Shown: positions 39,784 through 48,267 of the stretch, one piece after another | Layout: each line of letters opens with the position of its first letter | How positions within the stretch are numbered: the first letter of the stretch is position 1 | Source: a virus | DNA: 64,000 nt | Virus record (IMG/VR): IMGVR_UViG_3300045988_123324 | Span: 32,001 to 96,000 of that record | Strand: one strand, 5' to 3' | Translations under genes and position numbers: made by a program | The notes under the pieces: model-generated | What the model saw: only the letters and a program-made list of their open reading frames with translations | Databases searched by the model: none | What the model was told of the DNA's origin: nothing

Positions 39784-40091
39784 TCATCTTCATCCTCTAT
39801 CTCATATGATTCTAAATGGACAGAATCCTTATCTACTTCTACAATTTCGTCTGAAAATTCTAGCCCATGAAGTAACTCATTCTTGTGCCGTTTCCAAAAC
39901 TTCTTTGCTTCTTTCTTCGATTCAAACAATCCAGTGATTCCCTCTCTAAGAGGAAACCACTGTAAATAAATATCGTCAGCATAGCAAAGAATCCTATCAT
40001 TATTTGCATTTACACCGTCTGCAACAATGTTAAATGTTGTCATAAAACTTCTCCCACTTTGTATTACCACTCCTATATACTTTGCAAGCAC
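39780..40091 (-). CDS. hypothetical protein
   Basis: 103-aa ORF. Confidence 0.4.
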   Translation of the reverse strand: MLAKYIGVVIQSGRSFMTTFNIVADGVNANNDRILCYADDIYLQWFPLREGITGLFESKKEAKKFWKRHKNELLHGLEFSDEIVEVDKDSVHLESYEIEDEDE

Positions 40092-41709
40092 CCAACTTCA
40101 ACATAACATAATCTTCTTTATTTGGTGCATCTTTGTCATATGCTTCTTGCAACAATTCTGGAAAGTCTCTTTTAAGATTTTTAAGTCTACAAGCCTCTCG
40201 TTTTATTTCTTTCCCGCCGATATACCAATAGTATCGCGGAGTACACTGACCACTGTTTGTAAAACCAAGTCTCTCATAAATATTTCCAACGAAATAGTCA
40301 TTCATGCTATAGCTAAGAATATAGGTTGGTTTATAGTCTTTTTCAAATGCTTTCAACAATTTATTTGCACCACCAACAACAGTATAACCATCTTTAACAC
40401 AATATCTGTGCAATTCATATTGCCCCTCTTTAGTTTTATTCATTCGTAGTTTTCCAAATGACATTACCGCAAGCAATTCATCGTTATGAAATAATCCATA
40501 ATTTATCTTCATTGTTGCTTTATTTGCACCTTGTATATGATACTTGTCAACAAAATCACAAGCAACCTCATCATCAATAATTGAAACAACACACTTTCTT
40601 GCAAAAATCTTATTTTGTGCGGCAATAAGCGACTTAATATACATTTTTATTTTCTCTTTATTATTTTCCCAGTCTACATCAAATATTGTAATAAGATGTA
40701 TACCTGATTTCTTTGATTCCAAAAACTTATCTCTATGATAATATTTATCTTTATCAGAGTAGATACTTCCGTAGGTTGAGTGGAAAGCAGATCCACAATA
40801 TTCAATTCCAATATTCTTTTCTGCTATCAAAATATCAATTTCCTTCCCGTGCAAAATCTTTCTGTCATGCTTTATGGTATCTACGCCAATATCAGCCACA
40901 AAATCTCCTATTTCATTTTCTGCCTTTGACCCGTTGTGTGAAACACTATTGCACCCACAAGAACTAATAAACCCATTTTTTACTTTATATGGATCATAGA
41001 TTCTCTCATTTCCGCAATCACATTTAAACTTCCACATAGCCCTTCCATTAATATATCCTGCATACTCAACCGCAACCAACATATTAAATCTACGATCTTT
41101 TATATCAATAAGATTTTCTCTTGCTAGTTCTCTTCGCAAGCATCCACAAGACCTTGTTACACCGTCAACTAAATATGCACGGCTTACAATCTTTGTGTTT
41201 CCACAGTCGCACTGGCAGAACCAATATGGCATACCGTCTTTTACGTGATGAATATAAATAGGTTTAAGCCTATCAAATTTATCTTTTGATAAATCCTTAT
41301 ATTTCCCAGTGTTTAATTCTTTTGCATTTTTTGATGCAATTTCCTTATGTAGGCAACCGCAAGACTGAGTGTTTTTTGTTCTAAGATTACCTGCACTAAC
41401 AACAACTTCATTCCCACACTCACACTTGCACCTATATTTATTACCTTCAAGTCTTTCAATAGGCATTAACCTACCACAGGGTACACCAACAAGAGATTTG
41501 ACTAGCTTTTCTTGTGGCTTGTAGCACTTTCCACAAGATACAATCCTCTTATTCGTTAGATGGCTATATCTAATTACTTTTTCTGTGCCACAATCACATC
41601 GACAAAGATAGTAAAACTGGTATCTCGAATCTTGATGGTCAAAGGCAATTATTTTCAGTCTTTCAAACCTTTCTCCAATATGAATATTTGGATCTGTCTT
41701 TTTTCTCAT
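40030..41709 (-). CDS. putative free-standing homing-type endonuclease: 4 zinc-ribbon repeats, a Vsr/DUF559-like nuclease and a C-terminal YHIQG domain
   Basis: Four C.CDCGN....SCGC repeats, then GKEIDILIAEKNIGIEYCGSAFH. The C-terminal domain is collinear with that of 15619-17115. Confidence 0.6.
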   Translation of the reverse strand: MRKKTDPNIHIGERFERLKIIAFDHQDSRYQFYYLCRCDCGTEKVIRYSHLTNKRIVSCGKCYKPQEKLVKSLVGVPCGRLMPIERLEGNKYRCKCECGNEVVVSAGNLRTKNTQSCGCLHKEIASKNAKELNTGKYKDLSKDKFDRLKPIYIHHVKDGMPYWFCQCDCGNTKIVSRAYLVDGVTRSCGCLRRELARENLIDIKDRRFNMLVAVEYAGYINGRAMWKFKCDCGNERIYDPYKVKNGFISSCGCNSVSHNGSKAENEIGDFVADIGVDTIKHDRKILHGKEIDILIAEKNIGIEYCGSAFHSTYGSIYSDKDKYYHRDKFLESKKSGIHLITIFDVDWENNKEKIKMYIKSLIAAQNKIFARKCVVSIIDDEVACDFVDKYHIQGANKATMKINYGLFHNDELLAVMSFGKLRMNKTKEGQYELHRYCVKDGYTVVGGANKLLKAFEKDYKPTYILSYSMNDYFVGNIYERLGFTNSGQCTPRYYWYIGGKEIKREACRLKNLKRDFPELLQEAYDKDAPNKEDYVMLKLGACKVYRSGNTKWEKFYDNI

Positions 41710-41729
41710 TTTTATCTCCTCCTTGTATT

Positions 41730-41758
41730 ATAATAACACAAGTTGGAAATGTTGTCAA
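41730..41758 (-). promoter_or_regulatory. sigma-A-type promoter TTGACA-17-TATTAT
   Basis: Minus strand reads TTGACA, then ACATTTCCAACTTGTGT (17 nt), then TATTAT. Confidence 0.55.
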
Positions 41759-41760
41759 CA

Positions 41761-41789
41761 AAAAAAAATAAGACCCATTTCTGAGTCCT
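41761..41789 (-). terminator. intrinsic terminator after the tail tube gene
   Basis: Minus strand reads AGGACTCAGAAATGGGTCTTATTTTTTTT (short stem with one G-U pair, U8 tract). Confidence 0.5.
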
Positions 41790-41805
41790 ATTTTTGTTGT
41801 ATTCA

Positions 41806-43023
41806 TTAATAATGTGGATCGTAAACTCCTTCGACCTTCTGCTTGCCAGATGCTCTTGAAATCATCGTAAGTTTGTAATATGGATACTTTGGATGATTCT
41901 CGTAGTCTGTTAGGAAGTTGACTGTTAGTCCGAATGAACCAAAGTCCGTTCCAATAAGTCCACTGAGATCGCCGTCTGGTGTAATCTTGACGTGCCATGC
42001 CTCAAGATTGTAAAGTCCACCTATGTTTGGATCGCCCACGAATAGTAGTTCGCCCTCAATGTCTCCTGCATTTCCACCAGAAACAGTTGGGAACGCAGCC
42101 TTTGGAACAGTGGCAGAAACCTTTACGATGTCACCAGTCTTAATGCGACTACCATCACGAATCTTGATAATACCAGCTCTGCTTTCCTGTGCATCCGTGA
42201 GGTAATCCTTACCGTCTTCATATATGCCGATTGATGCTGTTAGGACTGCTTCATTCATGTTTGCGTTTGCTGTGAATGTTTCACCAACACCAACAGTTGC
42301 TTTGATCGTTGCGCCGCTTGCAAGTGTAAATGTCTTTGTTAGTGTGCTTGCTGTTGTGACATTGAATGTCTGTGGAGCACCAACAAGTCCTTCCCTCACT
42401 TCTAGTGTTAGACCATCAAGATCACCACTTGCAGTTGGAGCAGTCTTTACTGTGATAAATACACGAACATCATCTGTTCCAGAAAATGCGCCAGTTGATA
42501 ATTCAAGAATACCGCCACCGTTATCCTTTAGTGTGTCATCTGGGTTCGTTGTTGTCTGAATACTCATATCAGATGTAACTGTTTTTGCCTTAAATGATGC
42601 AGGGATTGTGTTTGCAGGTTTAACTTTAATGTTACTTACATCAAAGTATCTGTTTCCATCTGCGTCCGCAAGTTGAATGATTCCTGGAACACTTATTACT
42701 GTGTAAGGTTCATCAACAAGTGTCTTTGCCTGTTGCACTTGAACATTCTCTACACCGAAAAGACCGAGAGCAAGATTATATGGGTTATACTCATTAAGTG
42801 TTAGCTTTGCGCTAGGCTTAATTGCAGTAATAACAGAAGCCATTAGCTCGCGCTTCTTGTTCATTGAGCTGTTCTTCTCTACCTTATCAACGTCATTGGA
42901 GATTGTAAACTCCTCTACATTTCCAAGGTGGTGAAAGCCATTCGTATCGTCATTTCTCTTAAAGTAGAGAACGCCAGCCCCTACCATGAGATCTTCGGAT
43001 ACGCTAAATGCCTGATTTGACAA
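41806..43023 (-). CDS. putative major tail (tube) protein with inserted Ig-like/Thr-Ala-rich region
   Basis: Located after the connector genes. The N-terminal GAGVLYF....LGNVEEF..S pattern and the C-terminal block are typical of siphovirus tube proteins. This call is by resemblance and position only. Confidence 0.5.
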   Translation of the reverse strand: MSNQAFSVSEDLMVGAGVLYFKRNDDTNGFHHLGNVEEFTISNDVDKVEKNSSMNKKRELMASVITAIKPSAKLTLNEYNPYNLALGLFGVENVQVQQAKTLVDEPYTVISVPGIIQLADADGNRYFDVSNIKVKPANTIPASFKAKTVTSDMSIQTTTNPDDTLKDNGGGILELSTGAFSGTDDVRVFITVKTAPTASGDLDGLTLEVREGLVGAPQTFNVTTASTLTKTFTLASGATIKATVGVGETFTANANMNEAVLTASIGIYEDGKDYLTDAQESRAGIIKIRDGSRIKTGDIVKVSATVPKAAFPTVSGGNAGDIEGELLFVGDPNIGGLYNLEAWHVKITPDGDLSGLIGTDFGSFGLTVNFLTDYENHPKYPYYKLTMISRASGKQKVEGVYDPHY

Positions 43024-43037
43024 AAGCTATTCCTCCT

Positions 43038-43514
43038 TTATTTATACCATTCTATATTTATAACTAACCGATGCTGACTTACATTCATGTTTTCGTTCTC
43101 ATCACCATCGCTCAAAATTCCTTGTAATGTTAGTTTAGACCCTATTCCTCTTTTTTGTAGATCTAGGTTAAACTTCCATAATAATTCACAAAATTCATTT
43201 TCAACATCATACATTTGCTTATAATTATTATCATTCATATCATATGCTGATGTTGCTTGATTTGTAACATATATATCAACCCATAGCTCTACTATCGCGC
43301 CGTGTACTGATGCTTGTTTTCCAGCATCTTCTTCTGAACCAAATATTATCCATATCGCAGGAAATTCACCTGTGTTCCCTTTTCCGACACGAATTTTAAG
43401 ATTATCTCTATCTGTCATTCTATCAAATGGTCTTTTCCCATTTTTATATTTATATGACTTTAGAAAATCTCTTAATCGTACTGCTATGTTATACCACTGT
43501 AAATCCTTTATCAT
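43038..43514 (-). CDS. head-tail connector/tail terminator-position protein
   Basis: 158-aa ORF between the capsid and tube genes. Confidence 0.4.
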   Translation of the reverse strand: MIKDLQWYNIAVRLRDFLKSYKYKNGKRPFDRMTDRDNLKIRVGKGNTGEFPAIWIIFGSEEDAGKQASVHGAIVELWVDIYVTNQATSAYDMNDNNYKQMYDVENEFCELLWKFNLDLQKRGIGSKLTLQGILSDGDENENMNVSQHRLVINIEWYK

Positions 43515-43517
43515 AAT

Positions 43518-43907
43518 TTAATTCCTTGAAATAGGCATTATTGCAGGAAATGTTCTCTTTTTTAGCTTTTTGCCATTGGTAAATGTGTCTGCACTCAGTT
43601 GCTTTAATAAATCATCAAGTAACTCCTTGAATAATTTATATTTAAGTGCAAAACTATCATTATCAGCGCTCTTTCCAAGAGAAAACTGTGCCTTTCCCCA
43701 AGCCGCTGTCATATATGCCCAGAACATCCCTAATTGACTTACAAGAAAAGGTGTAGGTGTAGCAATTTGTTCTGGTTCAACACCATAACTCATAGCTATT
43801 GATTCTACATATGATGATGAGTCTCTAATTATCCTTGGAGTTACATATGTTTTTAATAGCGCGTCATCTAACATTTTTGTGTTAAAATAAACTCTATAAT
43901 TTTCCAT
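43518..43907 (-). CDS. head-tail adaptor-position protein
   Basis: 129-aa ORF in the connector cluster. Confidence 0.4.
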   Translation of the reverse strand: MENYRVYFNTKMLDDALLKTYVTPRIIRDSSSYVESIAMSYGVEPEQIATPTPFLVSQLGMFWAYMTAAWGKAQFSLGKSADNDSFALKYKLFKELLDDLLKQLSADTFTNGKKLKKRTFPAIMPISRN

Positions 43908-44448
43908 CTAGTAACCTCCTGACTCCATCTTCAAATATATCATTCACCTTATCTATTGACTGGCTATAAGCATTTCCAAGAAAATCTTCGCCTCTCATAC
44001 CCCTGATACTTCTCAGTACCCATTCTGTTGGTTCTAATGGTGGTTTAAATCTTTTTCGATTAGTCCAAGGATTTATTACGCCTTTTTTAGAAAACCAGTG
44101 TAGTGCTTTTGCTCTCCTAGGAAATATTCTGCTATGTCTTATACCATATAATCCAGTTCCTTCAAGAACCCATTTCCCATGTGGAGCAAGTTTTGTGTCA
44201 ATATATACTCTGCCTATTCGCCCCTCTCTTGCTCTTGGCAAGACCATATATCTAATAGCACGTTCAAGATTTCCAGTTCTACTTGTAAAATCATGATTGC
44301 TTCGTGCTTTATCGCGAATATATTCACAAGAATCATGTAGACAGGACTTTAAGTACCTGTCTACATCGTCTTGTGTTAGAGTTATATCAGCCCGAACGCC
44401 TCCGCTATATACCACATCAATATGTGGTAATTTAGTTGGCACGCCCAT
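43894..44448 (-). CDS. head completion protein (HK97 gp10-like position)
   Basis: 184-aa ORF immediately after the major capsid gene. Contains TSRTGNLERAI, resembling the gp10-family TG.L..S motif. Confidence 0.45.
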   Translation of the reverse strand: MGVPTKLPHIDVVYSGGVRADITLTQDDVDRYLKSCLHDSCEYIRDKARSNHDFTSRTGNLERAIRYMVLPRAREGRIGRVYIDTKLAPHGKWVLEGTGLYGIRHSRIFPRRAKALHWFSKKGVINPWTNRKRFKPPLEPTEWVLRSIRGMRGEDFLGNAYSQSIDKVNDIFEDGVRRLLDGKL

Positions 44449-44450
44449 TC

Positions 44451-45509
44451 TTAGTCAATCTTTGCGATAAGAATTGAGCCAGCACCACCATCAACGTCTG
44501 CGCCGAATGAAGGAAGACAAATCTGTGATACAATAACTTCGCGGTTTACTGGATGGTCAATGAGACGTGTGTAAACTGCAACGCCCGTATCTGTAATTCT
44601 TGTATTCCCAGAAGTCTTTGCGTCTGTAAGAAGATCAATTTCCTCTGGTGTGGTACCAAATACCATGTTTCCTAGCTTGCCGCCAACAGGAAGGAGTGTG
44701 CAAACGCCCTCTGGATAGAATGGCTTACCAGCACCGCCAACTTCATCTGCATATGCAGCATCATTGATAAGAACTTGTAGACCAGTTGCATTAAGAATCA
44801 GATCCTTAACCTGTGGTGATGTTACAAGCTGATTTCCAATATTTGTTGCTGTTGGATAGAGAATAGCAATAGTTGATTCGCTCTTCTTAATGAGATTGAA
44901 TGTCTTTGTATTCATTACAACATATCCCATTGGAACATGGAACTCTGTACGGAAGTAATCAACCCAATCAATGAGATCCTGAATAGGCTTGCTGTGTACT
45001 GGATCAGTCCATGCAACACTTGCCTTAACATTCTGCTTTCTGCTGAGATTGTAGTTATAGTCTAGCTTTACACCGTTGCCGTCAATCTTAACGTGACCCG
45101 TGGAAATAAGCTCCATAGCCATTCTCTCACGAGTTGCGCGAGAGCCGCGAAGAAGATTACCTGCATCATCAAAGATGCGTGTTACATAGCCACGAAGAAT
45201 CTGGTCATTGCTGATTGCAAGAATCTGCTGACGAGTTTCCTCATCGACCTTCATTCTCTCACGGAAGAAAGGCATCTTCTGCTTTGTAACTTCGATTGAG
45301 AGACGATCTCTGTAAGTTGCCTGTGTGTCAAAAGCACTAGCCTTTAGACGAACAGGAAGTCCAGCGCGACCGCCGACCTTGCTAAGTTCTAGCCCCTGAA
45401 TCTTTGTTGCAGGGAAAAGCATTTCTCCCATATATGCTGTCTGATCTGCCTTTGAGTTATCCCAATATGCTAGAATATTAGCAGGTGTTATATAATCAAA
45501 AAAATTCAT
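44451..45509 (-). CDS. major capsid protein (lambda gpE-like family)
   Basis: 352 aa. The N-terminal pattern ..LFPATKIQGLELSKVGGRAGLPVRLKASAFD and overall layout match Phage_cap_E-type capsids. A decoration-like gene lies upstream. Confidence 0.75.
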   Translation of the reverse strand: MNFFDYITPANILAYWDNSKADQTAYMGEMLFPATKIQGLELSKVGGRAGLPVRLKASAFDTQATYRDRLSIEVTKQKMPFFRERMKVDEETRQQILAISNDQILRGYVTRIFDDAGNLLRGSRATRERMAMELISTGHVKIDGNGVKLDYNYNLSRKQNVKASVAWTDPVHSKPIQDLIDWVDYFRTEFHVPMGYVVMNTKTFNLIKKSESTIAILYPTATNIGNQLVTSPQVKDLILNATGLQVLINDAAYADEVGGAGKPFYPEGVCTLLPVGGKLGNMVFGTTPEEIDLLTDAKTSGNTRITDTGVAVYTRLIDHPVNREVIVSQICLPSFGADVDGGAGSILIAKID

Positions 45510-45536
45510 ACTATTAAAATTCCTCCTTTATGTTAA

Positions 45537-46277
45537 TTAGTCCTTGCGACCAAATACAATGTGTGGTAGCTTTGCCTTAACTGCACCACCAGGTTCGCCC
45601 TGTGGTAGATTATCCACATTAATGTATCCGTGAATAATAAGTGCGCCAGTAGCTTCGCCCTGTGTTACATCTACGCTATGATAAAGGATTCCGTCAATAT
45701 CACTAGAAACTGCCATAGCGCCACCACCAGCAAGAGGAGCTGATGCAGCGACCGCCGCAACTGTATCTTCATCTACACCAGAAACAAGTTCTGCAACTAC
45801 ATATGTGTTTGCCTCTGTGTCATTGTTGATAAGCTCAACTAGCTTTCCATATGTTGTCTTAACTGTGCCGTCTGCCTTGCAAGCGAGATTAACCTTGATT
45901 GCCTTTGTAACACCACCAGTAACCTCAACAGAAGCATTTGATACTGCATGACCAGTTGGAACATAAAATTCTACTGTATGTGCAACTGCGCCATCCTGCT
46001 TTGCTGTTAGTTTAACACTTGCATTAACTGTTAGTGCCGCCCGTGTTACTGTTGGTACAACTTCCTTTGCAACCTGCTGTGGGTTGACAAGCAAGCTACC
46101 GCTTGAACCATAAAGATACGTGCCATAGGGGATAATATAACGCCCCTTGTCTGTTGGCTGTAGCCCCGCAACTGTGTCCTTGTTTACTGTGACAGGGCGT
46201 GCAATATACCCTTCGCCAACAAGAAGTAGTTCCTTATCGAAACCATCAAACTTCTTTGTCTTAATTTGTATTGCCAT
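45537..46277 (-). CDS. putative head decoration protein
   Basis: 246-aa Ala/Val/Gly/Thr-rich ORF directly upstream of the gpE-like capsid gene. Confidence 0.45.
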   Translation of the reverse strand: MAIQIKTKKFDGFDKELLLVGEGYIARPVTVNKDTVAGLQPTDKGRYIIPYGTYLYGSSGSLLVNPQQVAKEVVPTVTRAALTVNASVKLTAKQDGAVAHTVEFYVPTGHAVSNASVEVTGGVTKAIKVNLACKADGTVKTTYGKLVELINNDTEANTYVVAELVSGVDEDTVAAVAASAPLAGGGAMAVSSDIDGILYHSVDVTQGEATGALIIHGYINVDNLPQGEPGGAVKAKLPHIVFGRKD

Positions 46278-46298
46278 ATTTTATATGACCTCCTTTGT

Positions 46299-47384
46299 TT
46301 ATGTTTTATTCCACAATGTCTTACCACACCTATATACAAGAAATCCATTATAGTTATAGGATGTCGGTTCGACTTGCCCCATTTCTTTGTACCCAAAGTT
46401 TTGTAACCATAACCCATTATCCCAATCATTATCGGTTGTGGTAATCGTTGACCTTGGTACAACTCTATTCTCATTGTTTGTAACAATGTCAAATATTCTG
46501 CTAAAAATTTCTTTTTTATTATTTAAATAATCAATATCAAAAATAGTTATCAGCCTTATTCCAAGAGACTTTGCTAAAAGGAACTTGTCTCTGTGGTAAT
46601 ATTTATCTTTATTTGAAAAAGTTCCATTCTCTGTGGCGTGACACCAACTACCATTATACTCAATTCCGATTCTTAATTCTGGTATGTATATATCTATTTC
46701 TTTTCCATTTAAGACTCTTGACTTTTTAATATCAATACCAAGCAAAATTCCTTGAAGATATTCAAATAATTCAACCTCTGGTTTTGATGTTTTATTAAGC
46801 ATCCTCAAACATCCGCAACTCGTTGTGTGTCCAGATTTTAAGTGGTCTATTGCAACAACAGTTTCATTGCCACAGTCACATTTACATTTCCAAAATGTTT
46901 TAGTATCAACATGATCTTCAGATAAAACTAATAATCTATTAAATCTCATTCCAGTTAAATCAACAAAATTACTTCTTCTTTTATTTTTTAGACAACCACA
47001 AGATTTAACAGTTCCAGAAACAAGTCTATCTTGCACAACATCAATCGTTCCACCGCAATCACATTTACAGTGCCAGTATGATCTTCCTTTACGGCGTTTA
47101 TCTTTCTTATACCCAAGAAATGAATCAACAATAAGATTTCCAAACCGTTTTCCAACCATATTGGCAGTATTTGCTTCTCTTGCCCTTTCTACTGTTATAC
47201 ATCCGCAAGATTTGACATGACCGTTTCTAAGATGTGCTGTTTTAACAAACACTTCATTACCACAATCACACTCGCATCTCCAATACTTTGCACCATCTTT
47301 AGAATATGCAAACTCAATCACAGTGAGGTTATTGAACTTTTGTCCTGTTAAATCTATCAATTTCATGTGCATACATCCTTTCAA
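46299..47384 (-). CDS. putative free-standing homing-type endonuclease: 3 zinc-ribbon repeats and a Vsr/DUF559-like nuclease, no C-terminal domain
   Basis: Three W.C.CDCG....SCGC repeats, then GKEIDIYIPELRIGIEYNGSWCH. Inserted between the scaffold and decoration genes. The true start is probably MKLIDL (47366). Confidence 0.6.
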   Translation of the reverse strand: MKGCMHMKLIDLTGQKFNNLTVIEFAYSKDGAKYWRCECDCGNEVFVKTAHLRNGHVKSCGCITVERAREANTANMVGKRFGNLIVDSFLGYKKDKRRKGRSYWHCKCDCGGTIDVVQDRLVSGTVKSCGCLKNKRRSNFVDLTGMRFNRLLVLSEDHVDTKTFWKCKCDCGNETVVAIDHLKSGHTTSCGCLRMLNKTSKPEVELFEYLQGILLGIDIKKSRVLNGKEIDIYIPELRIGIEYNGSWCHATENGTFSNKDKYYHRDKFLLAKSLGIRLITIFDIDYLNNKKEIFSRIFDIVTNNENRVVPRSTITTTDNDWDNGLWLQNFGYKEMGQVEPTSYNYNGFLVYRCGKTLWNKT

Positions 47385-47392
47385 ATATTTCT

Positions 47393-47421
47393 ATTTTACT
47401 ATATATGCACTACTTTGTCAA
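47393..47421 (-). promoter_or_regulatory. sigma-A-type promoter TTGACA-17-TAAAAT
   Basis: Minus strand reads TTGACA, then AAGTAGTGCATATATAG (17 nt), then TAAAAT, abutting the scaffold stop codon. Confidence 0.6.
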
Positions 47422-48186
47422 TCAACCAAACATATCTCCTAATGACTTTGTTTCTCCATTTCCACTCTGACCCTTCTTATCTGCGATCATAGCCTTAACG
47501 AAGTCATCTACGCCACTATCATCTTTCTTTCCCCCATTTGCGCCAGAACCACTTCCAGCACCACCACGGGTCTCTTTCTGTACGAACTCTGGATTAGCCT
47601 TTGCCCAATCTGCAATACCATCTACAACAGAAATTTCATTTCCTGCGGCATCCTTCATTGTAAGTGTTGAACCATCCTTATCAACGTCAACCTTCCCAAA
47701 GAATAGGTCAATCATCTGCTCTGGCTTGATTATCCGATTTGATACAAGGGCTTTCTGTATGGCATCACGCTTTACTGCATTAATTCGCTGTGTCTTTTCA
47801 CTCTCAAGCTGATCTGAAAGTTCCCTCACAGTTGTATTTGCCTTTTCAAGCTCTCTTTGAGCCTTTGTGAAATCACGCTTTAGGATTTTAATTTCTTCTG
47901 GTGTTGTTCCACCACCAGCTTCCTTTACGAGCTTGTCCTTGACATCATCAAGCATCTTGTCAAAATCCTCTGTTTCAAGATTGAGATCAAATGCCTTTGA
48001 AACAATGTCAAACTTTTCTGATGTTTCCTTTAGCTTTGCTTGTTCATCTTCAAGCGTCTTTACCTTCTTATTCGCCGTGTTGAGTAGCTTAGTAATCGCA
48101 TTAAATTCCTTTGTAATGGTTGCTACCTTTTCCTTGTTCTCTTCTCCCTCAAGACCAAGTGCTTTAATAAGTTCTTCCAGTGTCAT
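47422..48186 (-). CDS. scaffolding protein (GP20-like)
   Basis: 254 aa, acidic, coiled-coil, with a Gly-rich tail, located between the portal and capsid genes. Confidence 0.7.
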   Translation of the reverse strand: MTLEELIKALGLEGEENKEKVATITKEFNAITKLLNTANKKVKTLEDEQAKLKETSEKFDIVSKAFDLNLETEDFDKMLDDVKDKLVKEAGGGTTPEEIKILKRDFTKAQRELEKANTTVRELSDQLESEKTQRINAVKRDAIQKALVSNRIIKPEQMIDLFFGKVDVDKDGSTLTMKDAAGNEISVVDGIADWAKANPEFVQKETRGGAGSGSGANGGKKDDSGVDDFVKAMIADKKGQSGNGETKSLGDMFG

Positions 48187-48225
48187 GTTCTTCCTCCATT
48201 TTGTCCTAATATAATTCTAATTTAT

Positions 48226-48254
48226 ATTATACTGTATTTCTATACAAATGTCAA
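48226..48254 (-). promoter_or_regulatory. sigma-A-type promoter TTGACA-17-TATAAT
   Basis: Minus strand reads TTGACA, then TTTGTATAGAAATACAG (17 nt), then TATAAT. Confidence 0.7.
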
Positions 48255-48267
48255 CAACTATGTGTCA

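Noticed and set aside
41663-41998. 111-aa minus-strand ORF overlapping the tail tube 3' end and the terminator/promoter region
   Set aside because: It runs through the terminator and promoter, has an Arg/Ser-rich composition, and is out of frame with the well-supported tube gene.
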